NCBI GenBank assembly: GCA_964597675.1
Contig: CAZQYV010000004.1
Span: forward strand, 5,590-69,589
Reading direction: 5' to 3'
From: an uncultured Candidatus Saccharibacteria bacterium
Lineage (GTDB): Bacteria; Patescibacteriota; Minisyncoccia; Phycocordibacterales; DATDWN01
DNA length: 64,000 nt
Part shown: in pieces, positions 10,205 to 18,214 of the stretch
Layout: each line of letters starts with the position of its first letter
Numbering within the stretch: the stretch's first letter is position 1
Translations under genes and position numbers: made by a program
Notes under the pieces: generated by a model
What the model saw: only the letters and a program-made list of their open reading frames with translations
Databases searched by the model: none
Told to the model about the DNA's origin: nothing

Positions 10205-10426
10205 ATGCCAGCAGGTTGTAAGAAAGCATATATCGCTAAAGGAACAGTGCGGATTGGATTTGGAGGTGATCACGAAGATGTGGACAAGGAGTATGTCTTT
10301 CTCGCTTGGGGAGATGATCATGCTCCCACTGTAGCAAGAGAACTTGCTCACAACGAGGAACTCAACCTCCAGAAAGTTTTCCGAGTTTCAGATGTCAACG
10401 GCTACGTAGAGATTCCACTAAGCTAA
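10205..10426 (+). CDS. Hypothetical small protein (73 aa)
   Basis: Strong SD (GGAGG 8 nt upstream of the ATG). G+C-elevated island. No family recognised. Confidence 0.4.
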   Translation: MPAGCKKAYIAKGTVRIGFGGDHEDVDKEYVFLAWGDDHAPTVARELAHNEELNLQKVFRVSDVNGYVEIPLS

Positions 10427-10441
10427 TAAGGAGAAGAAAGT

Positions 10442-10825
10442 ATGTTTCCACGAGGAAGAATGGTTCCGATCGAAAGTCGGAGAGAGAAGCACATTTTTCG
10501 GGGACTGGTTACAGAACACCTGAACCATACGACTGGTCGTTGGTTCTGGAAGAAGTACTTTCCCTCAATCAAAGTTCAATTTTTTGAGGCAGAACATCGC
10601 CGTCTCATGCAGGTCTGCGAAAACACAACCTATTCGGCTCCGAATCCTTCCAATTTCGTGGAGATCGGATTCAAGAAAGCCGAAGAACGAGCCGAGTATC
10701 CGGTCGGGACAGTGGTTGAGGTTACACTCAGCACCTCGAATCAGATTGATGAATTTTTCACTGGAGCGGATCTGTTCCGGTGGGACGGAGTGAAGAAAGC
10801 ATACTACACATCCCATGCTCTTTAA
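10442..10825 (+). CDS. Hypothetical protein (127 aa)
   Basis: AAGGAG SD. Co-directional and tightly spaced with 10205 and 10932. Confidence 0.4.
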   Translation: MFPRGRMVPIESRREKHIFRGLVTEHLNHTTGRWFWKKYFPSIKVQFFEAEHRRLMQVCENTTYSAPNPSNFVEIGFKKAEERAEYPVGTVVEVTLSTSNQIDEFFTGADLFRWDGVKKAYYTSHAL

Positions 10826-10931
10826 TTTCAGAAAGCCTGATCAGCAACACTCGATCGGGCCCTTCTCTGGGTTCGCACTGAAGTTTAGTGTTGATCCAGT
10901 AAAAGGTAGTTCTTTTGAAAAGGAGAATATC

Positions 10932-11171
10932 ATGAGTCATCGTTTTCTTTCGCCACTGGAAGTTGCACGAATGATGGAGTTAGCGGACAAACCGTATCGT
11001 CCGCCTCAAATCATTGAACTCAAAGAAAAAATCGAGAACGAAACAAAGGCGGCAGAGCTCAGAGCTTCTATCACCGGTGTCATCGACGAAGAAAGTGTTC
11101 AAAGAATTGTTGCCATGAGACTTGAACTCGATGTTCTCTACGGCAAGTGGACCATTGGAGAACTGAAATAA
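10932..11171 (+). CDS. Hypothetical protein (79 aa)
   Basis: An internal Met (MSHRFLSPLEV...) preceded by AAAAGGAGAATATC was chosen as the start; the upstream in-frame extension overlaps the previous gene. Confidence 0.35.
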   Translation: MSHRFLSPLEVARMMELADKPYRPPQIIELKEKIENETKAAELRASITGVIDEESVQRIVAMRLELDVLYGKWTIGELK

Positions 11172-11502
11172 TAAAATTATTCAGATTTTAGCGACCGACT
11201 GAGAAATCATAGGCCGCTTTCTTTTCTGTCAAAAATGGAATAAATTGGTCATACATAACCGTTGGAAGGGTAGATAGATTAATTTTACTTTCTCTCACTT
11301 TTCATATATCTTTAAAACATGTCACAGCTTTCTATAGGCACGGGAAGGACGCAACCTCACTTTTTGGTTACTCAAGCAATTCAAAGCAAATTCCGTTTTA
11401 TTTTGAGATAAAACTACCTCCGCCTTTGCGTAGGGGAATCGACTACGGCTTCACCAAGGAGAACTATTGGACCGTTACAACCGACAATTCGAGTAAGGTA
11501 TA

Positions 11503-11529
11503 GAAAAAGCCCGATCTCTGCGACCGGGC
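11503..11529 (-). terminator. Intrinsic terminator (minus strand), near-identical copy of the 9580-9609 terminator
   Basis: The minus-strand reading is AGCCCGGTCGCAGAGATCGGGCT followed by TTTTTC. It is 25/26 nt identical to the terminator at 9580-9609 and sits immediately 3' of the stop at 11555. Confidence 0.65.
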
Positions 11530-11554
11530 TTGCCTGAATACAGGCTTTTGTACA

Positions 11555-12676
11555 TCAAACTTCGGCAGGTGTTTTGGTTCTTGGTCGACCCCTCCCATAA
11601 TGTGTCTTTTTCTGAGGAAGCAGAGCTTTGAACTTCTTGTGCACTTCACTTTCCGGCTCTGTGCATTTAACAATCCACTCGCAGTTAACTTGAACATACC
11701 CAGGATTTTTGATTTCCTCGGTATGGTCAACAACAAACTGGAATGTCTTGTTGGCGACTTCCTGATCTCCGTATTTGCTGGCTAAATCAGAGATATGATG
11801 AAGTTCATACATGCCGTGTTGCGGATTACAACTGCCAGCACGAAGTTCTCGGAGGATCTCACTGGCAATGACACCCCGATGAAGACATGGCCAGTCGAAA
11901 TCCCGATAGAGTCTGTTCAACTCACCCCACGTGTTCTTGCCTGTGAGGGCGTCTCGCAATTCGATTTCCAGAAACTTTGCGTAGTATGCGTGGTCTTCTG
12001 GAAATCTCTTTCCGAGATTTTTGATCTCCTCGTCAGACGGATTGTCGGAGAGGATTTTTTCGGCGACTTCTACGTACTGTCTGGCGGTCAAAGCACCTTT
12101 TGTTTCGGAGCGTTGTCTGCCGACTGGACTGTAGTAGAACGGTCCATCGAAAAGCGAGAGAAAACCGTAGTCCTGCCGAGTACTTGCAAAAGGGTAGGCT
12201 CTTTGAACAAGATCTCTCCTGTTTATGCGGCACTCATCCCTTTGTTTACTACCAGCACCGTTACGCCAGTTCTCATCGAATCGCAAATCGAAGAACTCGA
12301 TGATCGAGCGCCAGTCGGCGAAATTTGTCGCCGTCAGCTTCATTCGGTCAAAGCTCATCGTTCGCCAGTCGTACCAGTATTTTGCCTGGATGTACCACCG
12401 TCTCGCAGTGAGAAAGTCTGCTTGAGCGAGAATGGCAAGAACTCTTTCTTTGGCCTTATCGACAGTGACATCGGAAGGTTTTACACTTCCAATTCTGTCA
12501 ATAATTTTCTCACCCATGTTGTCCTGATTGAAAAACGCACCTTCGCTCGTAATACGAAGGAAAGTAAAGCATTGTTCCATCGTAGCAGTGTGCCAAAAGT
12601 TTTCCGGCAGTTCATTCTCATAGAGGAGAACTGCCAGAGTGAAGCCGATACGTTCGACGGCGATGGTGAAATCCAT
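11555..12676 (-). CDS. Hypothetical protein (373 aa) with an Arg/Lys-rich C-terminal tail (GRGRPRTKTP)
   Basis: Coding-like composition (W/Y/D/E-rich). The start was set at MDFTIAVERIG, preceded by GAGGAGAT; the tool's upstream extension is low-complexity. It is followed by a terminator. No family recognised. The opposite-strand ORF 11795-12691 is judged spurious. Confidence 0.5.
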   Translation of the reverse strand: MDFTIAVERIGFTLAVLLYENELPENFWHTATMEQCFTFLRITSEGAFFNQDNMGEKIIDRIGSVKPSDVTVDKAKERVLAILAQADFLTARRWYIQAKYWYDWRTMSFDRMKLTATNFADWRSIIEFFDLRFDENWRNGAGSKQRDECRINRRDLVQRAYPFASTRQDYGFLSLFDGPFYYSPVGRQRSETKGALTARQYVEVAEKILSDNPSDEEIKNLGKRFPEDHAYYAKFLEIELRDALTGKNTWGELNRLYRDFDWPCLHRGVIASEILRELRAGSCNPQHGMYELHHISDLASKYGDQEVANKTFQFVVDHTEEIKNPGYVQVNCEWIVKCTEPESEVHKKFKALLPQKKTHYGRGRPRTKTPAEV

Positions 12677-12764
12677 AGAAATCTCCTCTGAAGTTGATGA
12701 TTGCAAGGTGCTTAAATCCGAGGAGAGGATAACATAATTAGGAAGATTAGTCAATTTGCCAAGT

Positions 12765-12801
12765 TATGTAAAATATGATTGAATGTTGACGGAGGTAAAT
12801 C
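12765..12801 (+). promoter_or_regulatory. Conserved promoter(-10)/SD motif, copy 2: tGTAAAATATGaTTgAAtgtTGaCGGAGGTAA
   Basis: Paralogous to the motif at 10163-10204 and in the same position relative to a divergent gene pair. Confidence 0.4.
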
Positions 12802-13272
12802 ATGGAACTGATTGAACTGCTCGTTGAATTCTACAAAGAAGACCGTGCTACCGATCAAGCCCGTAGTTTAACAAGTCAGATTAGGGAGTATGGCTCAGCG
12901 ATTGTGGATGAGTACACCCGCTTCTTTAACAACTATAAGCCAAAGTATCAGGAGGCTGAGTGGCATTTCTGGTGGATATTTGCCGCCATTCCACTCAAGG
13001 ACCAACTGTACATGGTGGAAAAAGCCATGAATTCTGCTGGAGTAGATCGGACACGTCTGGAAAGGAGAATTGTGAACGAAAAACAACTTCTCGAACTTTT
13101 CCAGATTCCGGAGGATTCTCCACACAAGACTCTGATGAAGATGCTTGCATTCGGATGGTATCGCTATATTTCCGTCTGCTCTCCTTCAGAGGATGGATCG
13201 GCATCTCATCTTCGTGATCTGATTCCGTTTCTCAAGACTCTTTTGCTCAACCAACAAGGAGATGCGAAATGA
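12802..13272 (+). CDS. Hypothetical protein (156 aa)
   Basis: GGAGG SD. G+C-elevated island. Confidence 0.45.
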   Translation: MELIELLVEFYKEDRATDQARSLTSQIREYGSAIVDEYTRFFNNYKPKYQEAEWHFWWIFAAIPLKDQLYMVEKAMNSAGVDRTRLERRIVNEKQLLELFQIPEDSPHKTLMKMLAFGWYRYISVCSPSEDGSASHLRDLIPFLKTLLLNQQGDAK

Positions 13273-13574
13273 AAATTTTCACGCTTGCCTTTACGCTGAT
13301 CAGCGTCATTTTCGGCGGTCTTCTCTGGCTCATGAAGCCGGACAGGGTTGTCGAGATCGCAGATTCCGAAGGAACTGTCACAGTGTCGGTTTACGGACAA
13401 ACAATCCACGTCGATCCGGGACCAGCGGGCTACAAGCATGTCTTCTACGACAGAAACAGCAGCAAGCTGAAGACGACTCTTGTCACCGGTATCCCTCGTC
13501 GAGGACTAATGCTTACCTTCACGAAGGAATCAAATGCTCGTGAGACAAGGATCTGGCATGCTGTATTCAAGTAG
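13269..13574 (+). CDS. Hypothetical protein with an N-terminal TM helix (101 aa)
   Basis: ATGA start/stop overlap with the previous gene implies translational coupling. AAGGAG SD. N-terminal FTLAFTLISVIFGGLLWLM. Confidence 0.45.
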   Translation: MKIFTLAFTLISVIFGGLLWLMKPDRVVEIADSEGTVTVSVYGQTIHVDPGPAGYKHVFYDRNSSKLKTTLVTGIPRRGLMLTFTKESNARETRIWHAVFK

Positions 13575-13580
13575 ATACAA

Positions 13581-13626
13581 ACCGCCCCGAGAGCCGCTCG
13601 CTCTCCGGGCGGCTTTCATTTTTTTA
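13581..13626 (+). terminator. Intrinsic terminator ending the island's plus-strand operon
   Basis: CCGCCCCGAGAG-CCGCTCG-CTCTCCGGGCGG followed by CTTTCATTTTTTT. Confidence 0.6.
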
Positions 13627-13648
13627 GAAATTAAATTAAACTGATGGT

Positions 13649-14176
13649 ATGGGATTAATGGCTCCAAAAATCGAAAGCGCAGAGGCATTAAAAACTCTGG
13701 CAAAAGAAACCAGCAAACCTTGGTATAAAAAAGCAGAGGTATGGATTGGCGTTATTGCAAATGCAATTGCAATTTTTGGTTTGTTTTTCTCTGTTGTTCA
13801 GATCAAAGATATCAAAAATAATCAAAGTGATAGGCAGACTGATTTAATGTTCAGATATGATGATAAACTAAACTTTGGAACCAATGCAAAATTATTCAGT
13901 GCCATCGATAGAAATAAACCAATTTTATATAAAAACGGCGGTAAGTTTAGTGAAGATGATCTCGACTACTTTTTGGGGTTGCTAAACCAAATGTATGAAT
14001 CAAACCAAAACAAACTTTTGAGCGATGATATGATCCAGAGTAATTTCAGTTATCTATTAGAAAAAACTTATAAAAATAAAGAGGTTCAGGATTATTTGAA
14101 GGAAATCAGGAAAGAAGACGAAAGTTTTTTCGTTGGTTTTGATGAACTGGCAGAATCTCAAATATCGAGTAATTAG
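13649..14176 (+). CDS. Hypothetical membrane protein (175 aa) in an AT-rich patch
   Basis: One TM segment (VWIGVIANAIAIFGLFFSVV) and a K/N/D-rich soluble part. Composition differs from both flanks. Confidence 0.4.
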   Translation: MGLMAPKIESAEALKTLAKETSKPWYKKAEVWIGVIANAIAIFGLFFSVVQIKDIKNNQSDRQTDLMFRYDDKLNFGTNAKLFSAIDRNKPILYKNGGKFSEDDLDYFLGLLNQMYESNQNKLLSDDMIQSNFSYLLEKTYKNKEVQDYLKEIRKEDESFFVGFDELAESQISSN

Positions 14177-14183
14177 AAATTAT

Positions 14184-14549
14184 TTATAATTCACACGAAG
14201 GACTTTTGATACGATCATACTTAGCAAGGAGAGCTTCAAGGGTGTCAAAGGATTTCAAATAGCTTGAGCTGAGGGTTTTCCAACCATCACAGGACTCGGG
14301 ATAGTAATACTTTGCACTATAATGCGATGAAGTATAAAATTTTCCACTTGATTGGGTTGTTGCGGTCGGAGTAGTTTGAGTTTGCGAAGCGGAGTTTGTA
14401 GTGTCGCCGTTGCAGGTAGTCGGGGACCAAAGACCCAATTGGTTTGTCTGAGCGGATTTTTGTGCGGCCTTAAATTCTGCTTGGTATTTATAAGGAGTGT
14501 TGTAAGTATATTCGTGAGCATAACCTTGTTGGTTGAGCAAAAGAGGCAA
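14184..14549 (-). pseudogene. Thermonuclease (SNase)-like gene remnant: only the last ~40 aa of the nuclease fold plus a C-terminal Cys-flanked domain
   Basis: QGYAHEYTYNTPYKYQAEFKAAQKSAQTNQLGLWS aligns with the C-terminal end of staphylococcal-nuclease-like proteins (...[30 protein letters not shown]). An in-frame TAA lies immediately upstream of the TTG start, so the catalytic N-terminal part is absent. The C-terminal YYYPESCDGWKTLSSSYLKSFDTLEALLAKYDRIKSPSC resembles the small Cys-flanked DNA-binding-like modules often appended to nucleases. Confidence 0.4.
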
Positions 14550-14681
14550 CAGAGAAACTTAAAAAATTGAAATTCGAGCAAAAACGTGCGATAATGTTAA
14601 GTGTAATAGACAAAATTATCGGAAGCCAGACAAAACTTCAGGTTTATGGATACATTCCGGTAAATAACCAATTAAATAAAA

Positions 14682-15788
14682 ATGTCACATTGTGTTCTAA
14701 GCATCGGTATTGTAGGGCTTCCAAACGTCGGTAAATCAACATTATTTAATGCACTGACAAAAAAGTCAGTTTCTGCTGAAAATTATCCATTTTGTACGAT
14801 TGATCCGTCTGTTGGTATTGTGCCAGTACCTGATAACAGACTATGGAAATTATCGGCATTTTCACATTCAAAAAAAACTGTTCCTGCTGTTGTCGAATTT
14901 GTTGATATTGCAGGGCTTGTCAAAGGTGCGTCTCTTGGTGAGGGACTCGGTAATAAATTTTTGCAAAATATTCGTGAAGTAGACGCGATTGTCGAGGTTG
15001 TGCGTATTTTTGAGGACGATAAAGTGATTCATGTTCATAATCAAGTAGATCCAGTCAGTGACATCGAAGTCATTAACCTTGAACTTGTTCTGGCTGATCA
15101 AGAAACTGTCACTAAACGTATTAGCAATATACAAAAGGATGTTAAAGCTGGCAAAAAAGAGGCAATATTTGAGGAGAGTGTCTTGAAAAAAGTTGATGCA
15201 GTTTTGCAGGCAGGTGGTATGGCAAATACATTGTCCCTTGGTGAAAATGAATTGGTTGTACTAAAAAGTCTCCACCTTCTTTCTGCAAAACCAATAATGT
15301 ATGCACTCAATAAAAAAGCAGGTGGTAAAAATCTTGATGAAATTGGAGATGAAAGATATGCAAAACTTTTAGAATTTTTAAAACAAAATAATTTCCAACA
15401 TGTTATCGTGGATGCAAAAATTGAGGATGAACTGAAGGAAATGGAGGGCGAAGAGAAAGAAATGTTTCGCACAGAATTAGGTGGAACAGATGATGGTATT
15501 GATCATTTGATTAAAGCAGGGTACTCGTTGCTTAATTTAATTACATATTTTACAACAGGTGAGGATGAGTCTCGAGCCTGGACTATTTTAAAGGGTTCGA
15601 CTGCACCTGTGGCTGGTATGGCAATACATACTGATTTCAAGGATAAGTTTATTCGTGCTGAGGTAGTGCACTGGGACGAGCTTTTGAATGCTGGTTCATA
15701 TGGTACCGCTCGAGAAAAAGGGCTAGTCCGCACAGAGGGAAAGGAATATATCGTGAAAGATGGGGATGTCATTGAGTTTAAAATCTGA
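14682..15788 (+). CDS. ychF: Ribosome-binding ATPase YchF (Obg-family GTPase)
   Basis: GIVGLPNVGKSTLFNALT P-loop; C-terminal TGS domain (KAGYSLLNLITYFTTGEDESRAWT...EVVHWDEL). Confidence 0.9.
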   Translation: MSHCVLSIGIVGLPNVGKSTLFNALTKKSVSAENYPFCTIDPSVGIVPVPDNRLWKLSAFSHSKKTVPAVVEFVDIAGLVKGASLGEGLGNKFLQNIREVDAIVEVVRIFEDDKVIHVHNQVDPVSDIEVINLELVLADQETVTKRISNIQKDVKAGKKEAIFEESVLKKVDAVLQAGGMANTLSLGENELVVLKSLHLLSAKPIMYALNKKAGGKNLDEIGDERYAKLLEFLKQNNFQHVIVDAKIEDELKEMEGEEKEMFRTELGGTDDGIDHLIKAGYSLLNLITYFTTGEDESRAWTILKGSTAPVAGMAIHTDFKDKFIRAEVVHWDELLNAGSYGTAREKGLVRTEGKEYIVKDGDVIEFKI

Positions 15789-15862
15789 CCACTTGACAAT
15801 ATTATAAATCTCGTATATAATACCATAGAAACAGTTCTACAATCAATCCAAGAAGGAGAAAT

Positions 15863-16321
15863 ATGTTCGAGAAAATCGACCGTAAGTCACCCGAAATCAT
15901 GACCGCATTGGCCGAGGCACCCATCTTCAAGAAGCAGGGTAACGTGCAAGCACGGCCCGCTGTCGAAGGAGAACAGATTGTCACCAAGCTCGCCAGTGGC
16001 GCGGAGGAGACGACCAACACCGCAAAGGCGAACGACTGGGTAATGACGAATCCGTCTGGTGAACAGTACATCATCGGGAAGGAGAAGTTCTTCGGTCGGT
16101 ACGAGCCATCCGATACGGATGGCACTTACCATGCCAAGGGCTACTGCCGCGCGATCCAGAACCCGTTCGGGAAACCGATCGAGATAATGGCTTCGTGGGG
16201 CTCACCCCAAACCGGTGATGAAAATTGCTTGATCGCAGATACCTGCGATGAGAGCGGCGAGAACATGGGCGGCGAGCCCTATCTCATAGACGGCAAGGCA
16301 TTCGCCGAGACCTACGCCTAG
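15863..16321 (+). CDS. Hypothetical protein (152 aa), G+C-rich orphan
   Basis: AAGGAG SD. Noticeably G+C-rich, Gly/Glu/Asp/Cys-containing protein. Followed by a T-rich terminator-like stretch. Confidence 0.45.
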   Translation: MFEKIDRKSPEIMTALAEAPIFKKQGNVQARPAVEGEQIVTKLASGAEETTNTAKANDWVMTNPSGEQYIIGKEKFFGRYEPSDTDGTYHAKGYCRAIQNPFGKPIEIMASWGSPQTGDENCLIADTCDESGENMGGEPYLIDGKAFAETYA

Positions 16322-16663
16322 AGATTTTTTTCAGAGCAACATCGAGAGTCACCACCTAAGACGTGTGTGGCTCTTTCTTTTTTATTTGATACTAACTGCT
16401 ATTATCTGCTATACGATATATATCAGATAACTTGCTATATAAAACTCATTGCTTATAATAAAAATATCGACGTTCTAATAGTTGGGAGATGGTAGTGTGA
16501 TAGAGTTTAGGATTTAGGTACGAAAATGCCTCGGAAGATTGCTCATCCGAGGCACCCCTTGCGGGGTATTATAACACATTTTGTGTGATTTGTACCTATA
16601 TCTTAGCATACTGCCGTTTATATGTCAAGTCTGATTGAGAAGGGTAAATAATATTAAATTATC

Positions 16664-17113
16664 ATGATAGATACAAAGCAAAGAATAAGAGAGATTCTCG
16701 AAAAGGGATACTTGTTAAGTCTCGCAACAGCCGATCAAAATGGTCCATGGGTTTCTGATGTGAGATATGTATCTGATGATGACTTCACAATATACTGGAT
16801 GTCTGATCCAAACTGTAGACACTCAAAAACTATAGATCAAAACTCGTTAGTAGCAGCGACTATTGAATTAAATTATAATTTTGGAACGCCTAATCTTGGT
16901 TTACAAATTTCTGGCTACGCAAAAAAATTGAGTGTATTACGTGTTGATTTGGCTATTAAATACGTAACACGAAGAGGAAAGCCAACGCCATCACAAATAT
17001 CGAATATATTAAAAAATGGCTATTCATGGTATGAATTGAAGCCATCCTTTATTGAACTTAATGATGAGGAAAATTTTGGCTTTGATAATAAACAGAAGAT
17101 AGTAATCTCATAA
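16664..17113 (+). CDS. Pyridoxamine 5'-phosphate oxidase-like FMN-binding split-barrel protein
   Basis: KQRIREILEKGYLLSLATADQNGPWVSDVRYVSDDDFTIYWMSD is the typical PNPOx-family N-terminal pattern. Confidence 0.55.
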   Translation: MIDTKQRIREILEKGYLLSLATADQNGPWVSDVRYVSDDDFTIYWMSDPNCRHSKTIDQNSLVAATIELNYNFGTPNLGLQISGYAKKLSVLRVDLAIKYVTRRGKPTPSQISNILKNGYSWYELKPSFIELNDEENFGFDNKQKIVIS

Positions 17114-17182
17114 ATCTTGATTCATACCTCTTGAATCCATATCCATGGTATAATACTTTTGTTATTCAATAACTACATATCT

Positions 17183-18124
17183 ATGGAACCAAATCAATCA
17201 CAAACACAAGTAAGTGGAAAAGCTACTGCAAAAGATTTTTTCCTCAACCTCGGAGCAATTGTTGCATTGTACACCACAGTTGTATCACTTTTAAATCTGT
17301 TATTTACGGTTATAAATAAAGCTTACCCACAGATTACTAGCTACTATTATTCAACAGGCAGTCAGTCGATTAGTTTTCCTGTTGCAACACTCATTATTTT
17401 CTTCCCGATCTATGTATTGCTCATGTGGATTCTTGAAAAAGGTTTTGTGACAGAACCAGAAAAGCGCCATGTTGCAGTTCGTCGATGGCTGACATATATC
17501 ACCTTATTTATTACAGGTCTAGTTTTGGCAGGAGATCTTGTGTATATTCTCTACAAATTTCTTGACGGTCAGGAAATGACAGTGGCATTTTTGCTCAAGG
17601 CGCTTTCTGTACTTGTAGTCTCTCTCGGTATCTTTATGTACTACATATCTGATATTCGTGATCGACTTACAAAATCAAAGCGACGCATCTGGCTTGGAGT
17701 GGTGCTACTCGTCATCATTGCGTCTATAACATGGGGTTTTGTTGTTATTGGTTCACCTCGTACACAACAGTTGCTCAAGTATGATATGCAGAAAGTATCA
17801 GGTCTTCAAAATATTGATGGTCAGGTACAGATGTATTATCAGACTAAGGGTACATTACCCGAGACAATATCGGATATTGCAGCAATGGCATACTACATCG
17901 ATATAAATGATCCACAGACAGCGACACCGTATGAATACAAAAAAACCGGAGCACTTGAGTATCAATTGTGTGCAACATTTAACACAGATTCTGTTTATGC
18001 TAGTGAACTAGCGTCGAATCCAAAAATGCAGTTAAATAGTGAAGCAATGTGGACACATTCAGCGGGCCCCTACTGTTTCAAACGAGCTGTGGATGCACGT
18101 ATCGCTCCAAAACCAGTCAGATAG
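17183..18124 (+). CDS. Multi-pass membrane protein (DUF5671-like) with a pilin-like C-terminal segment
   Basis: Four or five TM helices are followed by QVQMYYQTKGTLPETISDI...ATPYEYKKTGALEYQLCATFNTDS. The architecture is common in CPR genomes (from memory). The start was set at MEPNQ. Confidence 0.45.
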   Translation: MEPNQSQTQVSGKATAKDFFLNLGAIVALYTTVVSLLNLLFTVINKAYPQITSYYYSTGSQSISFPVATLIIFFPIYVLLMWILEKGFVTEPEKRHVAVRRWLTYITLFITGLVLAGDLVYILYKFLDGQEMTVAFLLKALSVLVVSLGIFMYYISDIRDRLTKSKRRIWLGVVLLVIIASITWGFVVIGSPRTQQLLKYDMQKVSGLQNIDGQVQMYYQTKGTLPETISDIAAMAYYIDINDPQTATPYEYKKTGALEYQLCATFNTDSVYASELASNPKMQLNSEAMWTHSAGPYCFKRAVDARIAPKPVR

Positions 18125-18152
18125 AAAGATGTAACAGATTGTCATTTTCAAA

Positions 18153-18181
18153 AATCCAAGGGCATCCCTTGGATTTTTTGC
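18153..18181 (+). terminator. Intrinsic terminator made of the 19-nt palindrome TCCAAGGGCATCCCTTGGA plus a T-run
   Basis: ATCCAAGGG-CAT-CCCTTGGAT followed by TTTTTT, downstream of the stop at 18124. The same 19-mer recurs inside mnmA (26383-26401). Confidence 0.7.
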
Positions 18182-18214
18182 CAGAGGGTGATTTATGATG
18201 TATGATGGTGAAAT

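Noticed and set aside
9580-11529. Considered the two near-identical terminators as integron attC-like recombination sites.
   Set aside because: They are simple 6-bp GC stems with T-runs, exactly at gene 3' ends. They lack the R/L core-site organisation and extrahelical bases of attC, and no integrase is nearby.
11795-12691. 298-aa plus-strand ORF overlapping the 373-aa minus-strand gene.
   Set aside because: It has S/V/C/R-rich low-complexity composition typical of an antisense frame. The minus-strand ORF has protein-like composition, a good SD and its own terminator.
14255-14581. 108-aa minus ORF in an alternative frame over the SNase remnant, considered as a possible frameshifted N-terminal part of the nuclease.
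   Set aside because: It has no thermonuclease catalytic motifs and a low-complexity sequence.
16330-16660. Possible replication origin (repeated CTGCTAT motifs, AT-rich) or sRNA (tandem hairpins GCCTCGG..CCGAGGC and ACCCC-TTGC-GGGGT).
   Set aside because: There are no DnaA-box-like TTATCCACA repeats and no dnaA/dnaN nearby. The hairpins lack a clear T-run on the strand of any adjacent gene. It is left unannotated.
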